From Macrostomum lignano (taxonomy: Eukaryota): a stretch of DNA of 64,000 nucleotides. Under the pieces are notes generated by a model, which had not been told where the DNA came from, did not search any database, and saw only the letters and a list, made by a program, of their open reading frames with translations. The stretch lies in NCBI GenBank assembly GCA_002269645.1, contig NIVC01001340.1:1-64000 (forward strand), in the 5' to 3' direction. Position 1 is the first letter of the stretch. Each line of letters opens with the position of its first letter. This document shows, one piece after another, positions 60,936 to 64,000 of this stretch. A program made the position numbers and the translations under genes.

Positions 60936-63900
60936 ATGATGCAGACGAGCATCTCGCTGTGCAAAATTGGTTGCGCAATCGTTCTTGTTTTGATCATGCT
61001 GTCAAGGACTGTGAGTATTATTGCATAGTTAAATCTTCTGTATAACTACATGACATGTTTTACACAAACTTTACTACCTGTAACTGCAACACAACCTGTA
61101 CTGTAGACATACTACTGTAACTGCAGCACACCTGTACCCAGAGACATACTGTAGACATACTACTGTAACTGCAGCACACCTGTACCCAGAGACATACTGT
61201 AACTGCAGCACACCTGTACCCAGAGACATACTGTAGACATACTACTGTAACTGCAGCACACCTGTACCCAGAGACATACTGTAACTGCAGCACACCTGTA
61301 CCCAGAGACATACTGTAGGCATACTGTAACTGCAGCACACCTGTACCCAGAGACATACTGTAGGCATACTGTAACTGCAGCACACCTGTACCCAGAGACA
61401 TACTGTAGGCATACTGTAACTGCAGCACACCTGTACCCAGAGACATACTGTAGGTACACTACTGTAACTGCAGCACACCTGTACCCAGAGACATACTGTA
61501 GGTACACTACTGTAACTGCAGCACACCTGTACCCAGAGACATACTGTAGGCATACTGTAACTGCAGCACACCTGTACCCAGAGACATACTGTAGGTACAC
61601 TACTGTAACTGCAGCACACCTGTACCCATAGCCATACTGTAGGCATACTACTGTAACTGCAACACACCTGTACCCAGAGACATACTGTAGGCATACTGTA
61701 ACTGCAGCACACCTGTACCCAGAGACATACTGTAGGCATACTGTAACTGCAGCACACCTGTACCCAGAGACATACTGTAGGCATACTGTAACTGCAGCAC
61801 ACCTGTACCCAGAGACATACTGTAGGCATACTGTAACTGCAGCACACCTGTACCCAGAGACATACTGTAGGCATACTGTAACTGCAGCACACCTGTACCC
61901 AGAGACATACTGTAGGTACACTACTGTAACTGCAGCACACCTGTACCCAGAGACATACTGTAGGTACACTACTGTAACTGCAGCACACCTGTACCCATAG
62001 CCATACTGTAGGCATACTACTGTAACTGCAACACACCTGTACCCATAGCCATACTGTAGGCATACTGTAACTGCAGCACACCTGTACCTGTAGCCATACT
62101 GTCTCTGCACCGTATTACATAACTGGACTACTAAAGTACTAGCCCACCTGTACCAACCTTACTCTATACTCAGTAAACAGTCATGCAACACATTCGTCCT
62201 TCACGCAGGCGGCAGGCGCAGGCTACATGCAGATTCAGTTCTACACCTACAAAAACCACGACAGCCGTTGCCTGGACGGCACCTACTGCGACACGTTCGG
62301 CTTTTTCTGGCAGTCACCCTGCGACCCGTCATTCAGGCTCGTAGCGGACAGGGCGACACCTGGAGGGTGAGCTCTGCGGCTATTTTTAAGTATCTCTTAT
62401 AGGTGACTATATGCTTCACCTGCTCTCAATCTTGCAGCAACGGCCTACACGACTATCAACAAGCTGGTGAATACTCAAACACGGATTCCGTCAATTTTGG
62501 TAGCAAATTTGGCGACGTCTCAAATCCTGTGCCGATAGCAATGAAGTATGAAAACCCGGTGAGACTGTCACAATGAGTATCCTTATTGGCTTTGCAATTG
62601 CTGGCGGGCTACACTGTATAGCTTGGGTGAAGAAAGCACTTTCGCGAACCCTAAATTCAAATACCCCACGTCAGCATTTTCCGAAACGGGAAATTCGTTA
62701 ATCAGAGAGACGGTTTTTCTGTCGGTAACCAAAGTAGAGGCAGAGAAAGGGTGCAGATTTCTCAGGATACAAAAGTCTGGGCTGACCGAAGTCCTCTCCC
62801 CATTGCTCTCCTCCAGGGCTACCTGTACATCACGGTGATGGTGACGGACAGAGATCCAATTCCTCCAGACGACCCGATGGACACCTTCTCGGCAACTCTG
62901 ATCGCCAAGAAGAGCGCCACGAAAACCAACTTGGAGCTGAGCAATCCGACAACGTCGCACAGACTCATACTAGCCTACTGGTTCAGCTGCTACGACAAGT
63001 ACTATGGCCAGGATTGCAACACCTTCTGCGAACCGCACAATGACAATGCCACGGGTCACTATACTTGTGATTCGAATGGCGGCAAGGTGTGCATGGAAGG
63101 TGAGTGGCCTAATTCTTCGAATTTATTATCCCCACGTTATCAATTTGCTGATATTCAACTGATGTTCATCATTGAACTGCAGGTTGGATGGGAGACAGCT
63201 GCAAACAGCTGAGGCCCTGCTTGGTCAGTCCCTGTGAGAACGGCGGTACCTGCTCGGATGTTGGCCGAGTTGCCAACTGCGCATGTCCATCGAACTTCAC
63301 CGGCAGTCGCTGTGAGACTGACGTCAACGAGTGTGCAACTGGTGCAAATCCTTGTCTAAACGGAGGCACCTGTGAAAACACTTTTGGTAGCTACATGTGC
63401 ATCTGCTCTCCTGGTTTTACTGGCACTCACTGTCACCTTGATGTGGACGAGTGCGCTGCTGGAATCTCTAACTGCTCAAACGGTGCTACTTGTGTGAACG
63501 GTTTTGGGAATTATTCCTGTGATTGTAGTCCAGGATTCACAGGTACGTACTGTGACGAGGACTTTGACGAGTGCACGACGTCTCCTTGCGTGAACGGCGG
63601 AACCTGTACGAACTCATTCGGGAACTTTACCTGTCAGTGTAAGCCTGGATATACGGGTGGACTTTGTGACCAGGACGTCGATGAATGCTTGACGTCTCCG
63701 TGCGCGAATGGTGGCACCTGTGTGAACACCTTTGGAAGCTACACTTGCTTGTGCCTTCCGGGATTCACAGGAAGACTCTGCAACGAGGACGTCAATGAGT
63801 GCTTGAAGTCGCCTTGCTCAAACGGTGCTACTTGTATAAACACCTTTGGAAACTTCACCTGTGAGTGTACATCTGGATTCACAGGAAGACTCTGCAACGA

Positions 63901-64000
63901 GGACGTCAATGAGTGCTTGAAGTCGCCTTGCTCAAACGGTGCTACTTGTACAAACACCTTTGGAAACTTCACCTGTGAGTGTACATCTGGATACACAGGA
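60936..64000 (+). CDS. Delta/Notch-ligand-like protein (signal peptide, C2/MNNL-like domain, DSL, >=8 EGF repeats), 3'-truncated by the window; exons 60936-61010, 62209-62366, 62438-62558, 62817-63099, 63183->64000
   Basis: [25 protein letters not shown]|[33 protein letters not shown]; [47 protein letters not shown]; then EGFs of the form DVNEC..SPC.NG.TC.NTFG.(Y/F).C.C..G(F/Y)TG..C. The last exon is missing from the ORF track because it has no start codon. Confidence 0.9.
61065..62150. repeat. 37/40 bp minisatellite filling intron 1 of the DSL gene
   Basis: CTGTAACTGCAGCACACCTGTACCCAGAGACATACTGTAG(G/A)CATA(CTA) tandem. Confidence 0.95.

Noticed and set aside
51-62110. Many long ORFs with periodic sequence (e.g. 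47944-49095, 49864-50625, 61160-62110, 35731-36468, 23912-24751, 18070-18477)
   Set aside because: They are translations of minisatellites that lack stop codons and lie inside introns defined by in-phase splice sites. Only short parts overlap real exons.

Overview
Eukaryotic (animal) genomic DNA with spliced genes, GC-rich exons and minisatellite-filled introns. The style and gene content suggest a free-living flatworm such as Macrostomum; this is an inference. I rebuilt gene models by hand from GT-AG sites and reading phase. In order they are: last exon of a membrane-anchored histidine acid phosphatase (+); a small secreted three-finger/Ly6-like protein (-); an intronless PAN + C-type lectin (-); CHTF18 (+, 7 coding exons); an unnamed single-PDZ protein (+); an RF/RYamide neuropeptide precursor (+); an SLC25A36/33-like mitochondrial carrier (-); an LRRC74A-like LRR/EF-hand protein (-); a CBM39-GH16 beta-1,3-glucanase (+) followed by a decayed tandem copy; and a C2-DSL-EGF Notch-ligand-like gene (+) that runs off the window. 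Mobile DNA comprises a dead piggyBac interrupted by a solo LTR, two hAT-type MITE families with 8-bp TSDs, and a tRNA-derived SINE family. There are about 25 tandem arrays, and many introns consist mostly of their own private minisatellite. No rRNA, true tRNA or CRISPR array is supported. All coordinates were counted by hand and no database search was run.
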